Positions 49,314 through 60,283 are shown, counted from the stretch's first letter. The stretch is DNA of 64,000 bases from Ignavibacteriota bacterium (GCA_963727825.1 CAVSHO010000010.1:32001-96000); one strand, 5' to 3'. Notes: generated from the sequence alone by a model not told the origin. Made by a program: numbers and translations.

Positions 49314-50362
49314 GCACACTTATTAATAATATTCCATTGCAATTGACTTCTTCAGGAACCGACAAGTTCACATCAAAGGATTTACAGAGCGATCAAGAAG
49401 TTCGATGGTGTCCAGGGTGTGGCGACTATTCGATCCTTGCTCAGGCACAGCGCATTATGCCGGATTTAGGAATTCCAAGACATAAAATAGTTTTCATTTC
49501 CGGCATCGGCTGCTCCAGCCGGTTCCCATACTATATGAATACCTACGGATTCCATAGTATTCATGGGCGCGCCACATCGATCGCATCGGGTGTAAAACTT
49601 GCCCGTCCAGATCTTTCTGTCTGGGTGGTTACAGGAGACGGCGATGGCATGAGTATTGGCGGTAATCATTTGATCCACCTGCTTCGCCGCAACATCGACA
49701 TCAAAGTTCTTTTATTCAACAATCAAATTTATGGATTGACGAAAGGCCAGTATTCGCCAACTTCAGAAAAAGGTAAGATTACTAAGTCTACACCGTTTGG
49801 TTCATTAGATTACCCTTTCAATCCAATATCACTTGCTCTTGGTGCTAGTGCAACTTTTGCGGCACGAACAATTGATCGGGATCAAAAGCACTTGCAACTG
49901 ATTCTAAAACGTGCCGCAGAACATGTTGGAACCTCGTTTATTGAAATTTATCAAAACTGCATTGTTTTCAATGACGGAACCTTCTCGCAATTCACTGATA
50001 AGGACATAAAAGACGATAATGTAGTTTTGCTTGAGCACGGCAAGCCGCTTATCTTTGGCAAAGAGAAAGACAAAGGCATTAAACTGAATGGATTTACTCC
50101 AGAGATTGTTTCACTCAAAAACGGAAAACATTCGATTAACGATTTGCTTGTGCACAATGAGAATGACACAACGCTCTCATTTATTCTTGCAGATATGACT
50201 TATCACACACATCTGCCTCGACCAATTGGTGTGTTTCTTTCTATTGAGCGGCCAACATATGAAACCGAGATGCAGCACCAAATTGAGTTCTCAAAAACGA
50301 CACAGGGCGAAGGAAATATTGAATCGCTTCTAAATTCCGGAGAAACTTGGACAATTCAATAA
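49310..50362 (+). CDS. korB: 2-oxoacid:ferredoxin oxidoreductase beta subunit
   Basis: WCPGCGD, SGIGCSSR, GDGD, NNQIYGLTKGQYSPT. Confidence 0.93.
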   Translation: MSTLINNIPLQLTSSGTDKFTSKDLQSDQEVRWCPGCGDYSILAQAQRIMPDLGIPRHKIVFISGIGCSSRFPYYMNTYGFHSIHGRATSIASGVKLARPDLSVWVVTGDGDGMSIGGNHLIHLLRRNIDIKVLLFNNQIYGLTKGQYSPTSEKGKITKSTPFGSLDYPFNPISLALGASATFAARTIDRDQKHLQLILKRAAEHVGTSFIEIYQNCIVFNDGTFSQFTDKDIKDDNVVLLEHGKPLIFGKEKDKGIKLNGFTPEIVSLKNGKHSINDLLVHNENDTTLSFILADMTYHTHLPRPIGVFLSIERPTYETEMQHQIEFSKTTQGEGNIESLLNSGETWTIQ

Positions 50363-50451
50363 TTTTTTTTCCCCTTAACGCGGGGTGTGGTTGCGAGGAA
50401 GAGATCATACCTTTTTTCACTAAAATGGCTATTATAAAATGAGGGTTCGCA

Positions 50452-51438
50452 TTGCCAATTCAGTTTGAAACATTTCGGACAATTGTTGAATCGCACTCGC
50501 GCTTTGTACTGACTACACATGTCTATCCAGATGGCGATGGTCTCGGCACCGAAGTTGCACTTGCCATCTATCTCAAGCAACAAGGAAAACAAGCAACGAT
50601 TCTAAATTATAGTGCAACACCTGAAAATTATCTATTCCTTGCGCAATTTTATCCTATCATTCAATTCGATCCCTCCCAGCATTCACAAATTATAGAAAAT
50701 GCGGAAGTGATTATTGTCTTGGATACTAATCACCTCGATAGATTAGTAACGATGAAGCCGGTTCTTTTATCGAGCAAAGCCGTAAAGATCTGCATCGATC
50801 ATCATCTTGAACCGGGAGAATTTGCCGATCTCTATATCTTAGATGATTCTTCTACGGCTACAGGAGAAATTATTTTTCGACTTTTAAGTTACTTGATCGG
50901 CAGCAACATCGATCGCGAAACAGCAATTGCACTCTATACTGCAATTATGACTGATAGTGGATCATTCCGATATCCAAAAACAGATACGGAAACACATAAA
51001 ATTATTGCTCAACTTGTTCAGATGGGAGCAAACCCTGTTGCAATTTACGAAGATGTCTATGAACGCGGTTCCATCAATCGCATTCACCTGCTTGGATTAG
51101 CGCTTGCAAATATGCAAACTGCACATGATGGAAAGCTTGCCTACATCGTTCTTACACATGAAATGCTTGATTCAACTCATGCTACAGAAATGGATACTGA
51201 AGCGTTTGTGCCGTACACTTTGTCAATTGACGGAGTTCAAATTGGATTGATGTTTTCAGAGACGAATGGAATTGTGAAAATCAACTTCCGCTCGAAAGGC
51301 GATATCTGGGTTAATGAGTTGGCAAAGGAATTTGGCGGGAATGGGCATAAGAATGCTGCCGGCGCTCGTATACCAAATGCAAAATTAGATGAAGTTGTAG
51401 CGCAAGTATTAGAACATGCTGGTTTGTATATTATTTGA
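50452..51438 (+). CDS. nrnA: DHH/DHHA1 phosphoesterase (NrnA-like oligoribonuclease)
   Basis: THVYPDGDGLG, IDHH, TDSGSFRY, GGNGHKNAAG. Confidence 0.85.
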   Translation: MPIQFETFRTIVESHSRFVLTTHVYPDGDGLGTEVALAIYLKQQGKQATILNYSATPENYLFLAQFYPIIQFDPSQHSQIIENAEVIIVLDTNHLDRLVTMKPVLLSSKAVKICIDHHLEPGEFADLYILDDSSTATGEIIFRLLSYLIGSNIDRETAIALYTAIMTDSGSFRYPKTDTETHKIIAQLVQMGANPVAIYEDVYERGSINRIHLLGLALANMQTAHDGKLAYIVLTHEMLDSTHATEMDTEAFVPYTLSIDGVQIGLMFSETNGIVKINFRSKGDIWVNELAKEFGGNGHKNAAGARIPNAKLDEVVAQVLEHAGLYII

Positions 51439-51703
51439 GAAGAATAAACAAGACCTTAAGTTTTACTTTGTTGATATCTAAATAAACTGCCTCGGGACTT
51501 ATTACAAGATAGGCTATCAGTTTATTTTGGATTTCTGGCCACAACATCCCTTTCCGCATAAGCTCGATGAGCATTTACAAGCAGGTTAGGATACCGAATA
51601 TTGCTCATGTTGCGTTCCATAAGATATAAATGATAACTTATTGTTTTTTCTCATAACAATTTATTACATTTTACCTGATTGTTATATTGAAAGGAATAAT
51701 TAC

Positions 51704-52333
51704 ATGGATGCTGATTTTATTCGTGCAGTGATCATTGCAGGTATAATTATCGGAATGATTGTTCTATTCGTATGGATGACATCGCGGGCAAAACGCGGAG
51801 TCGTTAAAGCAGTTAAGAAGGCACAGGAAGCTTTAAAACTCACACCTGTCGTCAGCACTCATCCACAGTTGGGTACCGTATGGTATGCAGCTCGAGGCCA
51901 AGTTTCCGGAGTGACAATTAGAATTTTCGGGGGGAAGTCTCGCAGAGGTAGAAACGCGGGCGTATCGGGAGGAACGCGTGCTATGGATAAAGCATTCGTG
52001 TTGATTATTGCGTCTCTGCCCATTAATATTCCTTTTAGTTGCAACATTCAGCGAAGATCGGCACTTTCAATCCCCCGCTTTGGCACAAGTTATGCAGAAT
52101 TCGATAAATCTATTGAAGTTACAACAGATAATGAGAAGAAGGCTTTAACCCTGCTTAACAATGAACAATTGCGCAATGCGATAGTTTCATTTATGAAGTC
52201 AAACGCAATTACATTCATTACGAGTTCGGAAGTTATTATGAAAGTATCCAATGATAAACAAGTTATTCCTGCTGCCCATGAAGCAGTTAATCTTGCCAAT
52301 CTTTTAGGAAACCAAATTAACGCACTTCACTAG
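51704..52333 (+). CDS. Hypothetical protein with N-terminal membrane anchor
   Basis: RBS aaagga before ATG 51704; single TM helix then soluble domain. Confidence 0.6.
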   Translation: MDADFIRAVIIAGIIIGMIVLFVWMTSRAKRGVVKAVKKAQEALKLTPVVSTHPQLGTVWYAARGQVSGVTIRIFGGKSRRGRNAGVSGGTRAMDKAFVLIIASLPINIPFSCNIQRRSALSIPRFGTSYAEFDKSIEVTTDNEKKALTLLNNEQLRNAIVSFMKSNAITFITSSEVIMKVSNDKQVIPAAHEAVNLANLLGNQINALH

Positions 52334-52463
52334 AGAAAAGTTGAGGCAACGATAATTTCAGAGGTTATCGCGACTTACTGTAAGGATAGTTCGCCTGTCT
52401 GGATTGTTCCACTTGTGCCAATAGCACTTCGCGATTTTTGTTATATTCCACTAACAAATAAAA

Positions 52464-52484
52464 TGCTTACAATTTCTGTAAGCA
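52464..52484 (-). terminator. Probable terminator of the pilin-like cluster
   Basis: tgcttaca-atttc-tgtaagca; T-rich tail on minus strand. Confidence 0.55.
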
Positions 52485-52503
52485 CCATATTTTTAATAAG
52501 TTT

Positions 52504-53877
52504 TTAATGGTTCTCACCCAGCCAAAAGGTAGTATTAGTTATTATTGTACTATCAATCCAATTAGTTATTAAAAATCTTGTTGATGGATAACCTTTCGGC
52601 GTAGTGTATTGCAGATTTAAATCATAATCATAACTCTTTAGAAATCCTTCCGTTGTGCCCTGTGCTACCGCCGTTCGATTTAATTCTTGAATCCCTCCAA
52701 CAACCCTAAGCGTTCCGTCATTTCCTCGAGTTGAATAATTCTCTGCACCAAATCCTCCACTTGAGCTATACATACTTGCATCAATAGTCACATCACCAGC
52801 ATTATTATTATTTGCCACGGCGTAATTTTTGATGCCATCAGGAGAACCGCCAGATGTCTTGTTGGGATGTTGTGTGTCTGTGACTAAAATATCATTTTGA
52901 GCTACAATTCCCAACATGCTAGTAGTTATAGCTGAAGGGTTGCGGCTGCATGGCGGAGGTTCCTTATAAACAATCGACGAATCAATCATTACTATACTCC
53001 CGGTACCTATTGCACCAAGAGTTAGATTTACTTTCTCTAATACTCCCTTCACATGCAGTTCAGATCCATTAACAAGAACAACACTATTCGATGTCCATTG
53101 ACTAACATTAGCATAGGTTGTACATGCTTTTATAGTGCCAGTGGAAAATCCAGTTCCTGATGCGAGCCATCCATCCGAAGTACTTGCATTTGTTACTGTC
53201 CGCACACAAATTGATCCATCGGGACGGAATTCAACAAAAACTTTCACACCTGTATAATCTGCTCCACCTACAGCCCCATAAGCATTTAAATCATCAAATT
53301 TTCCATCCAATGGGATGTTAGTCTTTGGAACAACAGGATACTTAAAATATGGAGAGCCACCTGTAACTTTCCCATTTGTTGTAACCAGGCCATAAAATCG
53401 AGGCGTCCCGGTACAAGTTATATTATCCTGCGTGTGATAAGGACCAAAGCATGTATCTCCTGTTTGCCATTGGATACTATTTTCGCTTGAAGTGAACATA
53501 CCAAATTCAGCAAAACTCTGACCCTGCACTGTTACATTAGTTATTACTTGGCTGTAGTTGTCTGATGAAGTTGATTTTAAGTTAAAGCCACTTGTATCAC
53601 CTGATATGCTTTTTATTAAAGCTTCTGAAAGCGTTATTGTCCCTGGTATCCCAACCCCAGACGAAAATGGTGTAGTTGAAAGAGCAGTCGCTCGCGACCA
53701 ATATGAATTTGAAATAGCAATATTAATTCCGCTTTCTGCGGCAAGGCCTGCTTGTTCAATAGAATAATACGTCATATATTTATCATACGCTGACGATGTA
53801 AGTGATGACAATCTAAAACCCATCGTCATAAAAATTAAATTAAATGCCATAACCATTAGTATTGAAGTGCGTCCCAT
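52504..53877 (-). CDS. PilX-like / DUF4900-like exported protein
   Basis: N-terminal hydrophobic helix followed by QAGLAAESGINIA (PilX-N-like); GPYHT, LGIVA, GTLRVVGGIQE, GFLKSYDYD. Confidence 0.6.
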   Translation of the reverse strand: MGRTSILMVMAFNLIFMTMGFRLSSLTSSAYDKYMTYYSIEQAGLAAESGINIAISNSYWSRATALSTTPFSSGVGIPGTITLSEALIKSISGDTSGFNLKSTSSDNYSQVITNVTVQGQSFAEFGMFTSSENSIQWQTGDTCFGPYHTQDNITCTGTPRFYGLVTTNGKVTGGSPYFKYPVVPKTNIPLDGKFDDLNAYGAVGGADYTGVKVFVEFRPDGSICVRTVTNASTSDGWLASGTGFSTGTIKACTTYANVSQWTSNSVVLVNGSELHVKGVLEKVNLTLGAIGTGSIVMIDSSIVYKEPPPCSRNPSAITTSMLGIVAQNDILVTDTQHPNKTSGGSPDGIKNYAVANNNNAGDVTIDASMYSSSGGFGAENYSTRGNDGTLRVVGGIQELNRTAVAQGTTEGFLKSYDYDLNLQYTTPKGYPSTRFLITNWIDSTIITNTTFWLGENH

Positions 53878-53896
53878 GATTATTCTCCTTGCTATC

Positions 53897-54517
53897 TTAT
53901 TGACTCTGAACGAGTGTAGACCTGGCTATAGACCGTATTTGGCGCCAATATATTTCGTATTGTGTAGTGTCTTGCGTATATGAAAGACTATCATTCTGTC
54001 GCAATCTATATGGACTCTCAAGCTGGATCGAGACGTCCACCGGTCCAACAAGTGAAAAGCTATCCACAGGAACAGTAGAAGGTAATGCAGTTGTAGCATC
54101 CGTAATATACCAATACTTGAACACCATCTTAGTCAAACCAAGATCCATTTTATGTTCTACACCGTTGACATTTCTGCGTAAATAGCGAAGATGTGGATTT
54201 ATTTTTGAGTTATACTCAATAGTGTCTCCAACTATCCAATCAATTGTATTTCCATTCACTATAAAACTAAATTCATTTTGTTTAGCAGTTATAAGAGGTG
54301 TGGGGGCAGTATTTGTCCGAGTGTAATATTTCCCAATATCTCTAAGATCAGTTTCGAGCATTAGAGTGAGCGTAAGCATATTAGTTTGAAGCATATAATT
54401 ATCATAATATGCACCTGTACTTTCGTTTGAAGCTGCATTTAACCGTAGTGCTACAAGTACAAGCAACCCGAAAGTTGTCATCGAGCCGATGATATCAAAC
54501 CATACTGAACTTCCCAT
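53897..54517 (-). CDS. Minor-pilin-like (PilW-like position) hypothetical protein
   Basis: N-terminal DIIGS..hydrophobic helix, amphipathic helix ending LETDLRDIG, beta-rich remainder. Confidence 0.5.
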   Translation of the reverse strand: MGSSVWFDIIGSMTTFGLLVLVALRLNAASNESTGAYYDNYMLQTNMLTLTLMLETDLRDIGKYYTRTNTAPTPLITAKQNEFSFIVNGNTIDWIVGDTIEYNSKINPHLRYLRRNVNGVEHKMDLGLTKMVFKYWYITDATTALPSTVPVDSFSLVGPVDVSIQLESPYRLRQNDSLSYTQDTTQYEIYWRQIRSIARSTLVQSQ

Positions 54518-54528
54518 AAGTATTCTTC

Positions 54529-55164
54529 TTAATAAAAACTTTTGATGTAAGAGAATTTAATTGTGTCTGTGCCCATGTCTTTGCTATTAATTGTACCTTG
54601 AGCGGCCGTGCGATTCACTGACCCATTAACATAAAGATCCATACGTTTGAGCCATGTCGGTGTTGTAGTTTTAGTGGGCGTAGGTACAAGGATAGTAGGC
54701 TGAGTAACATAATATACACTTGCACTAACGTGAAACCTATCAACATTTGTAATAGAAGTATCGATACTGAATCCATTATAATCATCGAAATCGTCATACG
54801 AACTGTCTTTATTAGCGTACTCTTTGGGAGGATTTATATTATGACTGGTAGCAGTATCCGGACCCAAGTTTGCTGCTAATGTTAAGAATTTTGTGTTTGC
54901 TGAGAAATCCGATGTCGATGTAAACGTCGCTGTTCCTGGATTTAAACTAGTAGCTAAGGCGCTTGGTCTGACAACTGTACCCTCGTCAAAATCCATACTC
55001 ATTGCTTTTTGAATATAAGAAGTAGCTAAAGAAACGCAATAAATACCTACCTGTGCTTGTCGCAAAATAGTGCCTTGTTGGAGAGAGGTTCTATTTGTTG
55101 TAAGAATAGTTGTTCCCAAAAGAACCACAGCTAAAATTGACAACATCATCTGTCCGGTATTCAT
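54529..55164 (-). CDS. Minor-pilin-like (PilV-like position) hypothetical protein
   Basis: MNTGQMMLSILAVVLL helix, SLATSYIQKAMSMDFDE, DDFDDYNG, KRMDLYV. Confidence 0.5.
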   Translation of the reverse strand: MNTGQMMLSILAVVLLGTTILTTNRTSLQQGTILRQAQVGIYCVSLATSYIQKAMSMDFDEGTVVRPSALATSLNPGTATFTSTSDFSANTKFLTLAANLGPDTATSHNINPPKEYANKDSSYDDFDDYNGFSIDTSITNVDRFHVSASVYYVTQPTILVPTPTKTTTPTWLKRMDLYVNGSVNRTAAQGTINSKDMGTDTIKFSYIKSFY

Positions 55165-55803
55165 ACTTTCTCCTTCACATCTACGGACGATATAATTTTA
55201 AATCTACTTGCACTCTATTTCCTGTTCCGGAAGTTATTTTCTTAAAAAGAATAAACTATAATTTGCACTTCACTTTTTAACTGATTGAGTGTACAAAAGC
55301 TCCTAATTAAAATCAAGGCATACAATCGCGATTTTATAAAATCAGCATTTTTTACCTTCGCAGCATTTTCTTAGAATAATATGTCAGTAAGTACTCACAT
55401 TTATGGTGACGAATATCACTCAGTTCATTTTGAATGCAACCATTTTTTCTATGTTAGATTGAACTATCTCCTTATTAGTATGACAAATTCTATGCCTGTT
55501 TTTCAATATTGCAATATCAATCAGAATTGTCCTATGTATTATAATCCATTCTTCCCATGTTAGGGAATAATGTAGAATTTGCTTCATTGTGCCCGGTTTT
55601 TTTTTCTGTCAGTCTATTTAGACAAGCTCTAATATTTTTTGTTATATCGAGAGTGATACAGAAAAGTCCCAATTTAGATTTGAGGTGAAAGATTTTAATA
55701 ATGAAGAAAATAATAAATAAGGAAATTCAGTCTTTCTACGTGAACCAATTTTCCTTGGACATTAGCCTCTGCACCAATTTACCTTCCCAAAAAAAGTCAG
55801 CTT

Positions 55804-56535
55804 CTAACGGTTTTCGTTTATGAGATATTTGGCTGCTACTGCTTCAATTGAACACTTAGAAGTTAAACCTTTATATAGTAAGCGAAGCGCTTTAATATCA
55901 GACTCCCAAACATAATCACCCGGAGCAATCAAACAAGCCCTGCCTGGCTCATGCGTTAAAGAAAGCTTGCCATCTTTAAAATAATAATACTCATCACTTA
56001 CTATGACGGGATACACCTGCATCAAAGGTGGAATATCGCTTGGCTTGAACCATAGTTTAATTTCTCGCTCTGCATCTGCAGCTGTTGCTGAAGCGTGGAT
56101 AAGATTATCCATTCTTTCACCAATCACTTTTCCTGTATTATCTTTGAGAGGTACTTTTATGCCCAGGGCACGAATACATCCTGGTTTTTTTTCGCGCGCG
56201 ACATGCGGATCTGTCGGACCAACAATATCTCTGATTTTTGCAATTGCATCCGGTCCTTGATACACAAGCGCTATCACTCTGCGCTTCCAGGGCTCATTAC
56301 GGTAATGAGCAAGTCCCATTATATAATCTATAAGCGAAGGGTAAAATATTTTTCCCTTATGTTCGGCATAATGCTCGGAAGCAAGCATTTTACTTACTTG
56401 CACAATTTTCGTTGCAGAGAAATGCAACCCTGTGAGAAATTCTGAAAGCTGAGTAATTACATAACCCGTCAAAGAATTCTTTAATGCGTCAGGTTTAATA
56501 AGCACAAGTGTTTGTTCAGACGCTTCTTTATTCAT
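55804..56535 (-). CDS. ndk: Nucleoside-diphosphate kinase, long form
   Basis: EQTLVLIKPDA, HYAEHKGKIFY, GPTDP, PGCIR, NLIHAS, AEREIKLWF. Confidence 0.88.
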   Translation of the reverse strand: MNKEASEQTLVLIKPDALKNSLTGYVITQLSEFLTGLHFSATKIVQVSKMLASEHYAEHKGKIFYPSLIDYIMGLAHYRNEPWKRRVIALVYQGPDAIAKIRDIVGPTDPHVAREKKPGCIRALGIKVPLKDNTGKVIGERMDNLIHASATAADAEREIKLWFKPSDIPPLMQVYPVIVSDEYYYFKDGKLSLTHEPGRACLIAPGDYVWESDIKALRLLYKGLTSKCSIEAVAAKYLINENR

Positions 56536-56594
56536 AATAGAAATACCTCTCTTTCAAAAAACATATATTCTTAATAATTTAACTTTTTTTAATA

Positions 56595-57602
56595 TCACTT
56601 TTTATTTTTTGTCAACTTACGTTTGACAATCTTTATAATATTCTTTCCCTTTGCCATTTGCTTTTTCCCTTTTACACTTCTCCTTTTAACTTTAACTGCG
56701 CGAACTCTCTTCAATACCCTCTCCATCGCTTCGCCAATTACAGCTGGACTTTCAACAACAATAATGCCTGCCTTGCTCATTGCTTGCATTTTTTCTTCGG
56801 CTGTTCCTTTTCCTCCAGAAATTATGGCACCGGCATGTCCCATCCGTCGTCCTGGAGGTGCAGTTTGTCCGGCAATAAATCCAACGACCGGTTTCTTTAC
56901 ATGCTTTTTGATATATTCCGCTGCCTCTTCTTCTGCAGTTCCGCCTATCTCGCCGATCATTACAATTGCATCGGTTTTTTTATCTTCGTTGAAAAGTTTA
57001 ATAATATCAATAAATCGCGAGCCAATGATCGGATCACCGCCAATACCAACACACGTTGATTGTCCAATACCATGTTGAGTGAGCTGTGAGACAGCTTCGT
57101 ACGTTAATGTTCCACTCCTCGAAACCACTCCAACATGTCCTGTTTTATGGATAAAGCCCGGCATAATTCCAACTTTCACTGCTCCCGGAGTAATCACACC
57201 CGGACAATTTGGCCCGATAAGTCGTACACACTTTTTAGTAACGTATTCGTAGACCTTCACCATATCACTTGTTGGAATGCCCTCCGTAATCGCAACTACA
57301 AGTGCTACTCCGGCGTCAGCTGATTCCATTATTGCATCGGCTGCAAAAGCAGCAGGAACAAAAATGATAGAGACATTTGCTCTTTTATTTTGTACCGCTT
57401 CTTTTACGGTATTGAATACAAAAACCGGACGCGGCAACGGATCTTTTTCATTTCCTAGGTAACTTGTGCCGCCTTTTCCCGGAGTCACTCCAGCAACGAC
57501 ATTTGTTCCATATTCCATCATTTGCTTTGTATGAAATGTTCCTTCGCTGCCTGTGATGCCCTGCACAACGAGGCGAGTATTCTTATCAACAAGTATACTC
57601 AT
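56595..57602 (-). CDS. sucD: Succinate--CoA ligase alpha subunit with basic C-terminal tail
   Basis: [34 protein letters not shown]. Confidence 0.97.
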   Translation of the reverse strand: MSILVDKNTRLVVQGITGSEGTFHTKQMMEYGTNVVAGVTPGKGGTSYLGNEKDPLPRPVFVFNTVKEAVQNKRANVSIIFVPAAFAADAIMESADAGVALVVAITEGIPTSDMVKVYEYVTKKCVRLIGPNCPGVITPGAVKVGIMPGFIHKTGHVGVVSRSGTLTYEAVSQLTQHGIGQSTCVGIGGDPIIGSRFIDIIKLFNEDKKTDAIVMIGEIGGTAEEEAAEYIKKHVKKPVVGFIAGQTAPPGRRMGHAGAIISGGKGTAEEKMQAMSKAGIIVVESPAVIGEAMERVLKRVRAVKVKRRSVKGKKQMAKGKNIIKIVKRKLTKNKK

Positions 57603-57633
57603 ATGATTGATATTCTATTCTGTGACAAGTTTT

Positions 57634-59049
57634 TTAGTTAGCTGTTTCTATAAAATCTGAAACTCTTAAGATTATCGGTTCGCCAAACTGCGGTCCAAGA
57701 ATTTGCATTCCAATCGGCAATCCTTGATGATCTTCTCCGCATGGAATATTAATACCTGGAATGCCTGCAAGATTTACCGAGGTCGTATAAATATCTGAAA
57801 GGTACATTTGCAAAGGATCATCCATCTTATCGCCAGCTTTAAAAGATGTGCTGGGTGAAGTTGGCGCGATCAAACAATCAACACGTGAGAATGCTTTATC
57901 GAAATCTTCTTTGATAAGTCGCCGAACTTGCTGGGCTTTCCGGTAATATGCGTCATAATATCCTGCAGAAAGGACATACGTGCCAAGCATAATACGGCGC
58001 TTTACCTCCGCACCAAATCCTTCACTTCGTGACTTGATATACATTTGAGAAAGATCTGCATCATCTTCTGTTCTGAAACCATATCGAGCGCCATCATATC
58101 TGGCAAGATTAGACGATGCTTCAGCGGTAGCAAGAATATAGTAAGTAGCAATCGTGTATTCAGTATGCGGCAAGCTTATTTCTTCAATCGTTGCACTATT
58201 TGCACGTAAAATGCCGATCTTTTTTTCTATTGCCTGACGTATTTCTGAATCCAACGCATCTCCAAAATATTCTTTTGGAATTCCAATGCGAATACCTTTT
58301 ACATCCTTTGTCAACTGCGAGATATAATTCGGGACAGGCACTTTTGCCGAAGTTGAATCATTCGGATCGTGACCTGCAATTACTTGAAGGACATTAGCCG
58401 CATCTCTTGTTGTCAGCGCAAGAGGACCAATTGAATCGAAAGACGAAGCAAAGGCTACAAGTCCACAACGAGACACACGTCCATACGTCGGTTTCAAACC
58501 GACAACACCGCAAAATGCTGCCGGTTGACGAATAGAACCGCCAGTATCAGATCCCAAAGATGTTGTTGACATGCCTGCACGTACCGCAACAGCAGAGCCC
58601 CCGCTTGATCCGCCAGGAACTCGATCTTCGTCTTGTGGAAGTTTCACACGCCCGTATGCCGAGTTCTCTGTGGAAGAACCCATCGCAAACTCATCCATAT
58701 TATTTTTACCGATGATGACGGCATTTGCGTTACGCAAACGTTGAACAACAGTAGCATCATATAACGAGAAAAAGTTCTCAAGAATTTTTGATCCGCATGT
58801 CACACGCTCATCTTTTACACAAATAAGATCCTTTATAGACACTACCATTCCTGCCAATGGACCTGCATTTCCATCTTGTAGTTTTTTATCTATTGACTTA
58901 GCTTGTTCCATAGCTTTATCTGGAAATACAGCAAGGAGTGCATTCAAGTGCTTCTTCTCATCAATTACTCGAAGGTATTCCTCTGTGATCTTCTCACAGG
59001 TTGTTGTTCCTTCTGCAATTTCTCTTTTTAGAACATCAAATGATTTCAC
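57634..59049 (-). CDS. gatA: Glutamyl-tRNA(Gln) amidotransferase subunit A
   Basis: GKNNMDEFAMGSSTENS, PGGSSGGSA, GSDTGGSIRQPA, EVKRRIMLGTY. Confidence 0.97.
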   Translation of the reverse strand: MKSFDVLKREIAEGTTTCEKITEEYLRVIDEKKHLNALLAVFPDKAMEQAKSIDKKLQDGNAGPLAGMVVSIKDLICVKDERVTCGSKILENFFSLYDATVVQRLRNANAVIIGKNNMDEFAMGSSTENSAYGRVKLPQDEDRVPGGSSGGSAVAVRAGMSTTSLGSDTGGSIRQPAAFCGVVGLKPTYGRVSRCGLVAFASSFDSIGPLALTTRDAANVLQVIAGHDPNDSTSAKVPVPNYISQLTKDVKGIRIGIPKEYFGDALDSEIRQAIEKKIGILRANSATIEEISLPHTEYTIATYYILATAEASSNLARYDGARYGFRTEDDADLSQMYIKSRSEGFGAEVKRRIMLGTYVLSAGYYDAYYRKAQQVRRLIKEDFDKAFSRVDCLIAPTSPSTSFKAGDKMDDPLQMYLSDIYTTSVNLAGIPGINIPCGEDHQGLPIGMQILGPQFGEPIILRVSDFIETAN

Positions 59050-59105
59050 GGATCTCGCTATGCGAATTGTTGTATGTGTGCGGATTTAAGAAATCTGTAT
59101 CCAGG

Positions 59106-59303
59106 CTATAGTTTAGTATCATTCTTTTTATCGGGCTTATTTGCCTCTTCTTCAATTTCTGCCTGTACATCACGCGCTGCTTTACGAAATTCGCGTATTC
59201 CTTCGCCAAGCCCTTTTGCTATTTCAGGGATCTTCTTTGCGCCAAAGAATACAAACACGACAAGCAAAATTAATATAATTTCTGGACCACCTATATTACC
59301 CAT
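59106..59303 (-). CDS. tatA: Twin-arginine translocase TatA/E
   Basis: GGPEII..FFGAKKIPEIAKGLGEGIREFRKA. Confidence 0.92.
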   Translation of the reverse strand: MGNIGGPEIILILLVVFVFFGAKKIPEIAKGLGEGIREFRKAARDVQAEIEEEANKPDKKNDTKL

Positions 59304-59354
59304 AGTATTTATTCCTTATCTATTAAAATAGAAATATTTATTTTCAGTCAACAA

Positions 59355-59561
59355 TTAACCTTGCGGTTTTGTTTCATCCTTCTCATCAAGTTTTTTAACT
59401 TCCTTATCGACTTCTTCTTGAACATCCTTTGCGGCTTTACGAAATTCACGAATTCCTTGTCCTAATCCTTTAGCTAATTCCGGCAATTTTTTTGCACCGA
59501 AGAAGATTAAAATGACAAGAAGAATAAGGAATAATTCACTTCCACCAATATTTCCAAACAT
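59355..59561 (-). CDS. tatA: Twin-arginine translocase TatA/E (second copy)
   Basis: GGSELF..FFGAKKLPELAKGLGQGIREFRKA. Confidence 0.92.
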   Translation of the reverse strand: MFGNIGGSELFLILLVILIFFGAKKLPELAKGLGQGIREFRKAAKDVQEEVDKEVKKLDEKDETKPQG

Positions 59562-59572
59562 GGCATAACTCC

Positions 59573-60283
59573 TTAAACTTGTTGATAAATAAAATTATGG
59601 ACTATTGATTCAAATATTTTTCTGCCATCCGTATGCTTCAGGACAGGATCTGAAGCTCGTTCAGGATGGGGCATCATACCTAAAACATTACCGGTCTCAT
59701 TGATAATACCTGCAATGTTATTCAATGAACCATTTGGATTTGCTTCATCAGTAATATTCCCCAACCGATCACAGTAGCGAAATACTACCTGTTGATTATC
59801 TTCTATTCGTTTTAATGTTTCGGGATCAGCGAAGTAATTACCATCGCCATGTGCAATCGGAATTTCGAGCACTTCACCCGATGTGCATTTATTTGTGAAC
59901 TTTGTATTTGCGTTCTCAACCCGGAGATGCAGATATTTACATATAAAAAGTAAGGATTTATTCCTCAATAAAACCCCCGGCAACAATCCGGCTTCTGTCA
60001 ATACTTGAAAACCATTACAGATGCCGATCACCAATCCGCCAGTGTTTGCAAACCTGACAACATCTTTCATCACCGGAGAAAAGCGCGCAATTGCACCGCA
60101 TCTAAGATAGTCGCCATATGAAAATCCACCGGGAAGAATGACAACGTCCACATCTCCAATTGACGCTTCTTTGTGCCAGATTAGGCGTGCATTCTGCCCC
60201 ATAATTGTCTCTGCCACATAATGCGAATCATGGTCACAGTTTGATCCGGGGAAAACAACTATTCCAATTTTTACTTTAGCCAT
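59573..60283 (-). CDS. purQ: FGAM synthase subunit PurQ
   Basis: [32 protein letters not shown]. Confidence 0.97.
   Translation of the reverse strand: MAKVKIGIVVFPGSNCDHDSHYVAETIMGQNARLIWHKEASIGDVDVVILPGGFSYGDYLRCGAIARFSPVMKDVVRFANTGGLVIGICNGFQVLTEAGLLPGVLLRNKSLLFICKYLHLRVENANTKFTNKCTSGEVLEIPIAHGDGNYFADPETLKRIEDNQQVVFRYCDRLGNITDEANPNGSLNNIAGIINETGNVLGMMPHPERASDPVLKHTDGRKIFESIVHNFIYQQV

Noticed and set aside
55165-55800. ncRNA or small ORF (55381..55563) in the long AT-rich intergenic region
   Set aside because: No recognisable RNA motif or stable GC stems; the ORF lacks an RBS and any protein motif
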